Made by a program: the position numbers and the translations under genes. DNA of 64,000 bases, taken from positions 77,252,001 through 77,316,000 of the forward strand of contig NC_043004.1 in the NCBI RefSeq assembly GCF_006345805.1, written 5' to 3'. This DNA is from Octopus sinensis. Lineage: Eukaryota. Below are positions 1 to 10,644 of this stretch, piece after piece; within the stretch, counting starts at the first letter, position 1; each line of letters begins with the position of its first letter. Below the pieces are notes generated by a model. The model saw only the letters and a list, made by a program, of their open reading frames with translations, made no database searches and had not been told where the DNA came from.

Positions 1-616
1 GACTTAATACAGTAGGGATTTGGATAACCAAACTAACTTTTAAATATCCATGTTGAAAGAATTGTTGTAATTACAGAGAGATTAATACTCTTGTGGTTAT
101 CCGATATAGAAACGAAAAGAAAATCTTCAAATATTGGTTGTTCATAACTAAATAAATCCTGTTGTATTTTCTACGAAGATTAGTTTTTAATATTAGCACA
201 TCATACATGAAGAATATAGCTGATTGAAGTGACTTCAATGCATGGCTGTTGCATATTTAATGAACCCCCAAAGAATGGAAGACAAAGTTCACTCTAATGT
301 ATTTTGAAATCAAAATGATGTGTGGCAAAATTAAATAGTTCCACATGCTAGCATTTCTGTCGCACCATTTTCTGTAATCATTTAGTTCCGATACTGTTTT
401 ATAAGGCCACAAATGTGCAGGATGCGGATAGTTGATTGATTCAATATGCATCAATTTATGACCAATACTTATTTTCTCTGGAATGACAAAAGTTAAAGTT
501 AACCCGTGGGAAACCTAAATTTTGTTCAAAAATGAGACAGGGTTAAATACTGTTGTAAATTTGGTCCAGTGATGTACTGAAATGGCCAACTTAACAGTTC
601 TATTTCTAAAGAAAAT

Positions 617-842
617 TTAACCCTTTTGATACCAACCCGGCTGAAACCGCCTCTGGCCCTGTAGTACGTCTTGTTTTCAAAAGTTCTGAATTAAAATCTT
701 CCACTAAATCTTAGTTACAATTTATGTTCTTAACACTAACTTACTGATAACTAGGGTTATTTATTAAATTCTTTGTTATATTTAAAGTTAATTGAAAGAA
801 ACGAAGAGCATCTCAACAGAAATATGGTAACAAAAGAGTTAA
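617..842. mobile_element. piggyBac-type MITE (non-autonomous), about 218 bp between TTAA duplications
   Basis: TTAA at 617-620 and 839-842. Terminal inverted repeats cccttttgatacca (621-634) and tggtaacaaaagag (825-838), 2 mismatches. TTAA plus CCC termini are the piggyBac signature. No ORF. Confidence 0.75.
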
Positions 843-977
843 ATAAAGTTATTTTATAGAATCCAAAAGTATACATGAGATGAGTTAGCACTTTATCTAA
901 GCATTAATGAAGTGTAGCAATGAACAAGTTTATTACATTATCTGCAATCTCAGACTGTAATATTAGTAATAATATAC

Positions 978-1051
978 CTGCTGGGAGCACCAATAACAAG
1001 AGGGTGATGCCGAAATACAACTTCCACATTTCGTATGAACCTTGCAAAAGT
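978..1051 (-). CDS. Exon encoding the N-terminal half of a PSI domain, integrin-beta-like; last exon of this gene inside the window
   Basis: Acceptor ttaatttttacag, donor CAG|GTATAT, 74 nt, phase 1 in and phase 0 out. Reads (D)FCKVHTKCGSCISASPSCYWCSQQ, the C-x4-C-x2-C-x5-C-x-W-C pattern of integrin beta PSI domains. Confidence 0.8.
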
Positions 1052-2431
1052 CTGTAAAAATTAAATGGCATAAGGAATTACCGTCTATAGATTTCAGTCA
1101 GTTCGTAACATTTAAATACTCTCACTTTTACGATTTGCCAAACTGTAAACTCTTATAAATTATCATTCTTTCTAATTTTCTATAAATACTGTAATGATAC
1201 TCTATAAAATGTAGTTTTACATTTCCAGTATTTATATCTACACTCTGTTTTGATTTCTGATCATCATGGTTCTTAGTTCCAGATTGAATTATAAATAAAG
1301 TAATATCTTCGTGAACTATAGATTACTGTGAGAAGTGAAGAATCTGGCGTTTCGGGCTGTCATCCGAAACAGAGGAAGAGAAAGAGAGATAAAGAGATAC
1401 TATTGCTTGGATTGTGAACAAGAAAGTAGTAAATGATGAAGAAACTGAAGTAACGATGATTGGACGATGGTAGAATGAAATAATGCCACCAGTCAAACAA
1501 TAAAAAGGTGATATTTTAGATAAGGGAGTCAACGGAGGAAACTATTAAGTAAAGGGAGAAAACAAAGAATAAACTCGTGTAGAAAAGATATTTGGGAAAA
1601 AAGCGCCAAAGAATCCTGCTTATAATAGAGCTTATGTAAGTTTATCGACTGAAATGTTAACAGTTCTTTCTCACCAGTAGCAAAGCCCCCCTAAGTATCT
1701 CATACCTAATTCTGACTCTCACATCAACTACTTCTCCGAAAGAATGAAATAGAAGTCATTAAAGAGAATGTGAGAGAGTTGTTTTCTGGCTAGTGAGTGC
1801 ATCATCAGGTATGCTTGTCGTATCACGGCCTAAAATATTTTCCTCCATGTTATTCGACGTTAACGTGTCAGCTTATCTTCATGATCAGCAATGGTCACTC
1901 AACCTACTCATCAAAGATGGAAAATCTTTATATCACATCCTAACGACTTAATTAAAGAATATATTTGAAAATGTATTTTCTGATATGAAAATGACGTATA
2001 TAGTTAGTACTTCCACTGTCAACAGTTGAATGTCATGAGTTAGCGAGTTATCAATGTTTTGGCCACAATTTATGTCAATCAAGACATAATCTCTCCACAA
2101 CAGATGAGCTGAAACGGGATACTTCAACACGATATGAACCGCTGGATCTTTGGACGATGATATTATAGCTGAAACTTTGTTTAGTACGCAACGGAATGAT
2201 AATTAAAACTGCTAGATGTAGGAAAGAGGAAAGGCAAAGATATCAAATAAAAGCTAATGCCTGTGATTTCAGAGATGAAGACTATCAATGTTGCTATATA
2301 TTTAGAGATACGCATCAAAGTCATAATTGCATAATTAAGTGCATCTTCTTACATATTCAATTTTCAAATATAATGCTGTTTTGTGTTTTATAACTTAATG
2401 TTTGTAGAATGACAAACGTATGTTTACTCAC

Positions 2432-2500
2432 CTGATATTTCTGAATCCATAAAATTACTAATGTTTTCATCAAAAGATTCTTGAATTGTACTTGAAAAAT
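2432..2500 (-). CDS. Symmetric phase-1 exon (69 nt) of the mucin-stalk/PSI gene
   Basis: Acceptor gattccttctttag, donor CAG|GTGAGT. Open frame FSSTIQESFDENISNFMDSEIS. Confidence 0.75.
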
Positions 2501-2946
2501 CTAAAGAAGGAATCGCAGATTATATATAATCTGTAAATAACTATGTACACGAAAATTATACAAATATACTTAACAAGCATATATTTAGTTTCGCTGTGAA
2601 AATATAGAATATATAAAAGTCACAGCAACTTCAGCAGGAAAACATGATCATCGCTTTTCATTAAAGATTAGTTGGGAATCGCTTACTTTGGTTTCTGTCT
2701 ATTGAGGTTAAGAGGAGATCTTGTGAATATTATAAGCAAATTAATACAAGCAAAGAAACTCACATATTGGCTAATGCCCAGGATTTGATACCAAAAGTAC
2801 TAATACAGCATATTTATGAGTATGCATGTTTGAATATTATAAATAGATCTATTCCTTTAGCAAATGCAAAGGAAGATAAACGATCGCTGCTGAATTTTTT
2901 GTGAAAGGCAAACAAGTCAGAATGATCCATCTTACTGTGTTTGCTG

Positions 2947-3211
2947 TTTCTGTTGGGCAAACGGTCTTCGTCCCAGAGCTCGCAAGATGGGAGAAGTCCG
3001 AAACGTGGTCCTTTGCTATTCGTAAGACCCGCAGAAAAGAAAGCAGGTCAACCCCCGACACCGAGAGCATCGACGGATGGATGAATGCGCATCCAGGCTC
3101 AGCGGTTGCGTAGGAAATCGGGGACAAGAAACAGGAAGAAAGAGTGAGAGAAAGTTGGGGCGAAAGAGTACAACAGGGGTCGCCACCACCCTCTGTCGGA
3201 GCCTCGTGGAG
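2947..3211 (+). mobile_element. 5'-truncated RTE-like LINE 3' end with a 16-bp target-site duplication
   Basis: TSD cttactgtgtttgctg at 2931-2946 and 3212-3227. Its last ~90 nt (aaacaggaag...gagcctcgtgga) are shared with the SINE at 53218-53492. No poly(A). Confidence 0.6.
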
Positions 3212-3421
3212 CTTACTGTGTTTGCTGAAAACCAAGTGGGTTATCTTTGAGGATATTTTCACGGCGAAAGTAGATATATGATTATTAATGTTATATAAGC
3301 AATTCTTCATAACCTGTAGAAGTTAACAGAAACAGAGTAACAAGAACAGAGGAAATAATTTGGATTATGCATAGTGATTATCATCATCAACAGTATTATT
3401 ATTATTACTATTATTATTATT

Positions 3422-3939
3422 ATCATTGAGTGAGAGAGCAGTTCATGCCATCAAAGTGACACTGGGGTAAAATATACGAAGCCCAATATACCCATCATGA
3501 CTACCCGTCTGATAAAGGTACACCAGCACCAGGCACATGCATCACAACCATATGTGCGCGACATGGTGATCTCATATCAAGATAAACAGCACATGACCTT
3601 GCAGGTGGGGCCCAGTTAGAATTTTCTTCAGGTTGAGTAGCCCATCCCGCTCAAACGGTCCCTGAATAAGGGTTGTTTAAGGATGTTGAAAGAACCACCC
3701 ATGTTTCCAGAGGTGACCTATTCAAACCCCAAAGAATCCCTCTCAACACATGGCTATGATGCTCCCCCACTACTTCTGCTCGTGATCAGAGATGCACATA
3801 TCGTCAGCCACTAAGGGACATGCTCAACTGGTTAAGGTCAAACAACTGACAAGCAAATCTGTGGTATTGAGCAGAATATTTGCTGTAGCCCATCTTTTAT
3901 ACCAAGACAAAACAATGTACATGATAACACTTCCAATCA

Positions 3940-3940
<1 letters not shown>
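3422..3940 (-). mobile_element. Interspersed repeat family S2 (LINE-like 3' region with (AAT)n tail)
   Basis: Near-identical inverted copy at 9395-9985; partial copies at about 4694-4788 and 20068-20180. Ends in ctctctcactcaat followed by (AAT)n. Confidence 0.7.
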
Positions 3941-4008
<68 letters not shown>

Positions 4009-4099
4009 GGTTTTGTTGGAACCCCTGGAGTCTTGCACGTGGGGCCGATTTGCTGCCTGCAGCCTACGGTACCATCCTATCAGTCCTTTTCAACTATCT

Positions 4100-4318
4100 A
4101 ATACTTTATTTACGTTATTTGCATTTGACGGATATTTGTCCTCATCTTTGATTTTTGATTTTGATTTTTTAGTTTCAGCTCATGAGCTGTGGCCATGCTG
4201 GGGTACCACCATTTTGTTTGTTTTTAACACAACGTTTCGGTTGATATACCCTCCAACCGTCATCAGGTGTCTTGGGGAAATTTCGAACCTGGGTTCTCAT
4301 TCTTAAGGTATTTTTCGA

Positions 4319-4381
<63 letters not shown>
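4100..4381 (-). mobile_element. Short Penelope-associated repeat, family A, carrying a minimal hammerhead motif and abutting (TTA)n
   Basis: Same sequence as 43890-43990 and 44100-44260. Hammerhead core at 4226-4271. Confidence 0.6.
4226..4271 (-). ncRNA. Minimal type I hammerhead ribozyme motif (family A)
   Basis: Minus strand reads GACAC CTGATGA C GGTTG gagggtatat CAACC GAAAC GTT GTGTT: stem I GACAC/GTGTT, intact CUGAUGA and GAAA cores, 5-bp stem II, palindromic AACGTT in place of stem III. Confidence 0.65.
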
Positions 4382-4383
<2 letters not shown>

Positions 4384-4680
4384 TATGTTTGACTTTTGGT
4401 TTACATTTGTACAAGTTGGCTCCAAGTCTCACCCAGAGACCTCAAGAGACAACAAGTTGGAAGTTCATGTTATTATCATGCCTAGGGTGCCATATATTTG
4501 GTTTTGTACATAGTGTTGTACTAGTGAATGTTTAAGAAACCATAAGAAAATTATGTTTGTTTTAAAACTTGAGATTACATAGAAAGTATTTTGCGTAGGA
4601 TATGCCATTTTGGGGTTTCCTGGTATCTGAGCTAGGTAGCAATCAGCCCCTTTTGCTATCATTCGCAGGGCACCTATGAC
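4382..4680 (-). mobile_element. R4/Dong-clade non-LTR retrotransposon, C-terminal remnant and 3' UTR
   Basis: Reads ...GALGMIAKGADCYLAQIPGNPKM...HILRKILS, the typical end of a restriction-like endonuclease ORF. Related to 40200-40400. 3' end abuts (TAA)n. Confidence 0.65.
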
Positions 4681-4857
4681 ACTGCATCAGGGCATTATTG
4701 AGCAGAATATTTGCTGTAGCCCATCTTTTAAACCAAGACAAAACAATGTACATGATAACACTTCCAATCAGTTAAGATCAGAAGCCATTGTTATTATTAT
4801 GTATATATGTAACTATTTCATACAGAACAACAATAGAAATTAATCATTTCTACTTAC

Positions 4858-4911
4858 ATTCCGTGGTCGGGTGAATTTTGTTATTGACGAATGCTCCGAA
4901 CCATTGCGTTG
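4858..4911 (-). CDS. Symmetric exon (54 nt) of the mucin-stalk/PSI gene
   Basis: Acceptor ttaatttacttttacag, donor AAT|GTAAGT. Phase-1 frame TQWFGAFVNNKIHPTTE; the phase-0 frame is also open. Confidence 0.7.
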
Positions 4912-6091
4912 CTGTAAAAGTAAATTAAAATAAATATGAACCAAAGAGAACATCACACACAAGCACACATGTAAACACATACACACACATACACACACGT
5001 TCCTAGCTGCTCTTAATTGTCTTGTTTTGATTTTTCTGTACAAACTTCAAGAATTTTTCCTGAATCAGTATCTCTAAAATAATTTTAATTGCCAACTGAT
5101 TGCGCACGCGCGCGCGTGTGTGTGTCTGCCTGCCTGCGCGCGGGCGTGTGTCAACTATATACTCTCCAAGACTGGTAAATCAGAGTTTCTCCAAATAGTT
5201 ACAGAATTTTCCTACGAGAATTCTACGATTTCCAAAGTGTTTACTTCCTGCTATGTATAATGTAAATTACGAGATTTAATTTGCTTGTTGGGTAGTGCCA
5301 GATCCTGGAGCTAATTTCTATTATTAGGGGTCAACATTATATTGAACAGCACTTAATGCTGCTCAATATAATGTTCTTTGTCGTTGTGTCTTTCCTTGCA
5401 CTGTTTATGAACGGATTGCTGCGTTACAGCATTTTTTATCATATTTCCATGTTGTGACATTCTCTTTCAGCTGCTAGTTGGCTATGATTTTCTTATTGAT
5501 TTGCCAAAAAGAATTAATGTGGTTAGTGTATCATTCCTTGAACTTGCTCTCTGCCATTCTTATGCAATGTTCATAATGATTTGTTAGTTACAATGGAAAA
5601 TTCGAGAAAGACGCCATTGTTCGGTTGTGGTGAGGGTAAGAGTTGGCCGTAATCCGATCTTTTATCAGTGTCCACATGTGTCTGTACATATGTATATGTA
5701 TAAAAGGTTGGATTACGACCACCTCATGCGCTAATTGCATATAGCCCATTAATGATGCCCCTTGACCCTGCATTTATCGAAATACTCACATGTACATGCT
5801 TTTTGAGGTTAACGAAACTACAAATACCACCGTATAAAAGTAGATTTATAGCAGAGGCTACTTGGAGTACGAACAAAGGAATAGTTATTTTCGTTGATGG
5901 TACATTGAACATTATAAGATGAATTTTGCTCGACATTGTAATTCCATTTACTGGAATCCTAGTGTTAGTTTGATGCTGAGTAAAAGGCCTAGCTCGAAAT
6001 TAATTATACAAATGAGTAACAGTTTGGTTATGCGAATGGTTATACAGGGTTTTAAAATGAGGTAAGAAATTTAAGGGAAATCTAGACATAT

Positions 6092-6506
6092 ACTCTTACT
6101 CTTTACTCTTTTACTTGTTTCAGTCATTTGACTGCGGCCATGCTGGAGCACCGCCTTCAGTCGAGCAACTCGACCCCGGGACTTATTCTTTTGTAAGCCC
6201 AGTACTTATTTTATCGGTCTCTTTTGCCGAACCGCTAAGTAACGGGGACATAAACACACCAGCATCGGTTGTCAAGCAATGCTAGGGGGACAAACACAGA
6301 CACACAAACACACACACGCATATATATATATATATACATACATATATACGACGGGCTTCTTTCAGTTTCCGTCTACCAAATCCACTCACAAGGTCGGCCC
6401 GGGGCTATAGCAGAAGACACTTGCCCAAGATGCCACGCAGTGGGACTGAACCCGGAACCATGTGGTTGGTAAACAAGCTACTTACCACACAGCCACTCCT
6501 GCGCCT
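6092..6506 (-). mobile_element. tRNA-derived SINE family S1, full length
   Basis: Head ggcgcaggagtggctgtgtggtaag...ggttcagtccc (A/B-box-like), internal (TA)/(TG) tract, tail aagtaaaagagtaa. Confidence 0.85.
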
Positions 6507-6530
6507 ATCTAGATAATCTAGACAAATCTA

Positions 6531-6940
6531 GGCGCAGGAGTGGCTGTGTGGTAAGTAGCTTGCTAACCAACCACATGGTTCCGGGTTCAGTCCCACTGCG
6601 TGGCATCTTGGGCAAGTGTCTTCTGCTATAGCCTCGGGCCGACCAATGCCTTGTGAGTGGATTTGGTAGACGGAAACTGAAAGAAGCCTGTCGTATATAT
6701 GTATATGTATGTATGTGTGTGTGTTTGTCCCCCTAGCATTGCTTGACAACCGATGCTGGTGTGTTTACGTCCATGTCACTTAGCGGTTCGGCAAAAGAGA
6801 CCGATAGAATAAGTACTGGGCTTACAAAGAATAAGTCTCGGGGTCGAGTTGCTCGACTAAAGGCGGTGTTCCAGCATGGCCGCAGTCAAATGACTGAAAC
6901 AAGTAAAAAGAGTAAAAAAAAAAAGAGAGTAAAGAGTATA
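6531..6940 (+). mobile_element. tRNA-derived SINE family S1, full length, head-to-head with the previous copy
   Basis: Reverse complement of 6092-6506; the two heads are about 24 bp apart. Confidence 0.85.
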
Positions 6941-7471
6941 CATAATTAAATTTTGAGTAAATGTGGAAATATTTCTTATGTTCAGCTCGCAGACGAATTG
7001 AAAGTTTAAAGCGATAGAAGTTGGTGTCATATAAGAAGTATGGAAAGTGAACACAAAGCTTAAATACTAAGATTTTGATTAAGTAAATGATTACTACAAA
7101 AACGTTTGTAGTATTAAAGGATAATATTAAAATTTTAAGCGTGATAGGGATGTACATAATGATATTTGACTGAATAAAGAATAATGTTACTTTTTAATCC
7201 GAGCGCGATTTCAATATTACGTACGATAAAATAAGTGGAATTATAGAATTCGCTACGGAGTGTCTTTGCGGCCGAATAGTTCTACTTACATTCACTGCAT
7301 AAGTGTAAGAGTGAGAAAGAATGATCTTGAGTGGTCAATACATATTTTGTCTCATTCATAGGATGATTATTGCCACTTCCGCTGCATCCAGGTTGACTCC
7401 GGCCTTTTTTGGCCATAACACGAATAGAAAGTAGACAGACAGAATAGGTTTCCCAGTGAATAGAAATATTT

Positions 7472-7719
7472 ATCTTTTACTTGTTCGTCATTAGACTGCT
7501 GCCATGCTGGGGCACCGCCTTCGAGAATTTTAGTCGAACGAGTCGACCCAAGTACTTATTCGTATGTAAAGACGGGTACTTATTCTATCGGTCTCTATTA
7601 CCGAACCGCTGAGTTTGGTAAGCACGCCAACACCGGTTTTCAAGCGGTGGTGAAAGACAAACACATACACAAAGACACACGTACACACACACATATGCAC
7701 ACACACTCACAAATAGATG

Positions 7720-7750
<31 letters not shown>

Positions 7751-7765
7751 GACAGACAGACAGAC

Positions 7766-7846
<81 letters not shown>

Positions 7847-7970
7847 TACGACAGGCTTCTTTCAGTTTCCGTCTACCAAATCCATTCACAAGGTTTTCGT
7901 TGGTAGAAGACCGGACTTGACCGAACTTATGTGGTTGGAAATTAAGCTTCTTACCTCACAACCACACCTA
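7472..7970 (-). mobile_element. SINE family S1, older diverged copy with internal (GATA)/(GACA) expansion
   Basis: Blocks ccatgctggggcaccgcc, tacttattctatcggtctc and cttctttcagtttccgtctaccaaatcc match S1. Confidence 0.75.
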
Positions 7971-9091
7971 TATAAATTTTAATTTAATTGAGATTATTAA
8001 ATTATTTAGTAATTCGATTTCATGTTATAAGTTATTAAGGGTGGGTCTTTGAATTGTACCTTTTGTTTTGTTTTTTTGTTTTTGTTTTTTTTTACTGGAG
8101 GTTGTAATTCAGTCAATAGTCATATTTGGTTTATAATGTGTACATCTGACAGTAAGTACTCATGGCTGGATGTTCGTGGTACATGGCAGTATTCGTGGTT
8201 TTAATGTATCTATGTTTATTAGTTAGATATCCCTATATAAGTAATTTTCCTTAGTTCATTCTTCATAGACGTTATTTATTGTTAACTTGAATAATTATTG
8301 ATTTTGTAATTTATTTAAATGGATTTTATGTTACAGTGTAATCCAGTCGTTGGTGGTTCACTTAATTATAATCCAGTGAAAAGTATTAAGCTTTTATATT
8401 CCCAGTCAGCGTTAGATTATATGTTCCTGAGGTTATTTGATACTGACCGAAGGAGCAATCGCACCTAGATGTTCGAGACCTGGTTGATATCTGTTAAACA
8501 GCTGAAGAAGGAATTCCTGGTTTTCTTCAGTTTATTCCTTATCTGAATATGTTTCTAAGCATATATAATAGAGTGAATACTATATATTGGTAGGTATGGC
8601 TGCTTAGATGCTTATAAACTTTAATAATGGAGTTTGTTATTTGTTTATGATGTTTATCCGTACACTGATTTTAGTGTGATAGAGGTTCTTAGACATTTGA
8701 TTCTGGAATTTTTAGAAGTTCTCAATTGATTTCATGTCCATTATGGATTGTACTGCTGTCAGCTTATCTCATTTGATGAAGACAGCTTTTAAGTTAGAGG
8801 TATGACTTAACCTGCATATTTAGCGATATGGAGCAATGAATGTGTGTGGTAGGGTGTTTGCGTTTATGCGTGTATATGTGTATGTATTATGTATGTAGTT
8901 TATTTTGTTTGTTTTATTATTCAATGACTAAATATTTTTCAGTTCTTCGAATCTTCTAGGGTTGTCACAGTGAATACTCGAAAACAGTTGGAATTGGAAA
9001 TTAAAATGTTGATACATATTTGCTACACTATGCGTCTAAAATAGTTTGTCATATGTCCATTTTTAGGTATTATCATATTAACAAAACTTAC

Positions 9092-9142
9092 ATAGAAACG
9101 TGGAGGTTTCATTCCCGTACACCATGTCAGATATACTTCCAC
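9092..9142 (-). CDS. Symmetric phase-1 exon (51 nt) of the mucin-stalk/PSI gene
   Basis: Acceptor gtttgttttcacag, donor TAT|GTAAGT. Frame GSISDMVYGNETSTFL, with an N-glycosylation sequon NET. Confidence 0.75.
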
Positions 9143-9180
9143 CTGTGAAAACAAACATTACAATTCAACGTTTCTTTGAA

Positions 9181-9202
9181 TAATAATAATAATATAATAA
9201 TA

Positions 9203-9288
<86 letters not shown>

Positions 9289-9388
9289 GTGATGGTGATG
9301 GTGACGGCGACGGCGGCGACGGCGGCGGCGACGGCGGCGACGACGACGATGACGACGACGATGATGATGATGAAGATGATGATGATAT
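9181..9388. repeat. Compound trinucleotide microsatellite (TAA)n-(TGA)n-(CGA/CGG)n-(TGA)n
   Basis: Directly visible; source of the spurious poly-H/R/Y ORF. Confidence 0.95.
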
Positions 9389-9394
9389 ACCTTC

Positions 9395-9985
9395 ATGCAG
9401 TACCAGGCGATGGCTCTATGCCTTGATGTAGTACCAGGTAGTGGCTCTCATGGCTTCTGATCTTAACTGATTGGAAGTGTTATCATGTACATTGTTTTGT
9501 CTTGGTATAAAAAGATGGGCTACAGCAAATAATATTCTGCTCATTACCACAGATTTGCTTGTCAGTTGTTTGACCATAATCAGTTGAGCATGTCCCTTAG
9601 TGGCTGACGATATGTGCATCGCTGATCACGAGCAGAAGTAGTGGGGGAACATCATAGCCATGTGTTGAGAGGGATTCTTTGGGGTTTGAATAATTCACCT
9701 CTGGAAACATGGGTGGTTCTTTCAACATCCTTACACAACCCTTATTCAGGGACCATTTCAGCGGGATGGATTACTCGACCAAAAGAAAATTCTAACTGGG
9801 CCCCACCTGCAAGGTCATGTGCTGTCTATCTTGATATGAGATCACCATGTCACGTACATATGGTTGTGATGCATGTGCCTGGTGTACCTTTATCAGACGG
9901 GTAGTCATGATGGGTATATTGGGCTTCGTATATTTTACCCCAGTGTCACCTTGATGGCATGCACTGCTCTCTCACTCAATAATAA
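9395..9985 (+). mobile_element. Interspersed repeat family S2
   Basis: Inverted homolog of 3422-3940. Confidence 0.7.
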
Positions 9986-10587
9986 ATCATAAGTAATGGG
10001 AGAATTAATGAATTTTGGATGATAAAACAAATGGGTTTTGTTAAGTAAAAATATTCGTTAAATTCATGTTGCCATGTCGAGAAAAACAATAGGATTCTTT
10101 CTCGACATATTGATGTAATCTATATTAGCGAAATGCCATATAGACTATGAGGAGGGTGTAAGTCGATTGAAATAGCTGCAGTATACGCTCATCATTATTT
10201 TGTCGTCGTCTCTGAGGTATGTGAAGTCGAATTATAAATGAATATAGGAAAGGGTTTTGTCTCGTCCTCACTCATTACAAAGAATTCATCTCCTTTAGCT
10301 GTTATAATTCTTGTAGAGTCACAATATTCCTGGGAGCGTTTAGTCGATAAAACCTAGCTCAGTACTTGGTTAGTACTTGGACCAAGTCGCAATCAGATTT
10401 GTACTCAGTACAGTTCTATACTCTGCCGTCTTTAACATCCAGAAGTTTTAGCTATTATAGAATACTGGGCAGATCTTAATTTGACAGTTCATGAAATTTT
10501 CTCCTGTTTAATGTATCAGATCTGAAGAACGAGACGTCTATCATTTTAAATATAAAGGACAATTATTATAGTTTTATTTTCACTTAC

Positions 10588-10644
10588 TTCCACTGAACTC
10601 AGCTTCGGTGTTTTTCAGAGGCATCGTTGTTAATTTGGTTGTTG
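10588..10644 (-). CDS. Symmetric phase-1 exon (57 nt) of the mucin-stalk/PSI gene
   Basis: Acceptor aaataaatttag, donor GAA|GTAAGT. Frame TTKLTTMPLKNTEAEFSG. Confidence 0.7.

Noticed and set aside
257-477. 65-aa minus-strand ORF with a good acceptor at 478-480, as the next exon after the PSI exon
   Set aside because: In the required phase 0 it reads AGA AAA TAA (stop). The open phase-1 frame has no integrin-like motif and no clear donor.
1330-1375. Hammerhead-like CGGATGA...GAAACGCC on the minus strand
   Set aside because: Core mutated and stem II cannot form; at most a decayed relic.
1560-2350. Possible decayed piggyBac-like transposase
   Set aside because: Only vague compositional resemblance; no catalytic motif or TIR could be read.
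2687-2698. 12-nt phase 1-1 microexon candidate (ACAGAAACCAAA, donor GTAAGC)
   Set aside because: Frame-compatible but too short to tell from chance; left out of the model until junction reads are checked.
5790-5817. 28-nt exon candidate with GTGAGT donor
   Set aside because: Not a multiple of 3; it fits only if the A5 run is a sequencing error.
8150-8820. Possible ancient Penelope RT on the minus strand (IK-DK...IMD-like words)
   Set aside because: Too many stops and frameshifts to support without a profile search.
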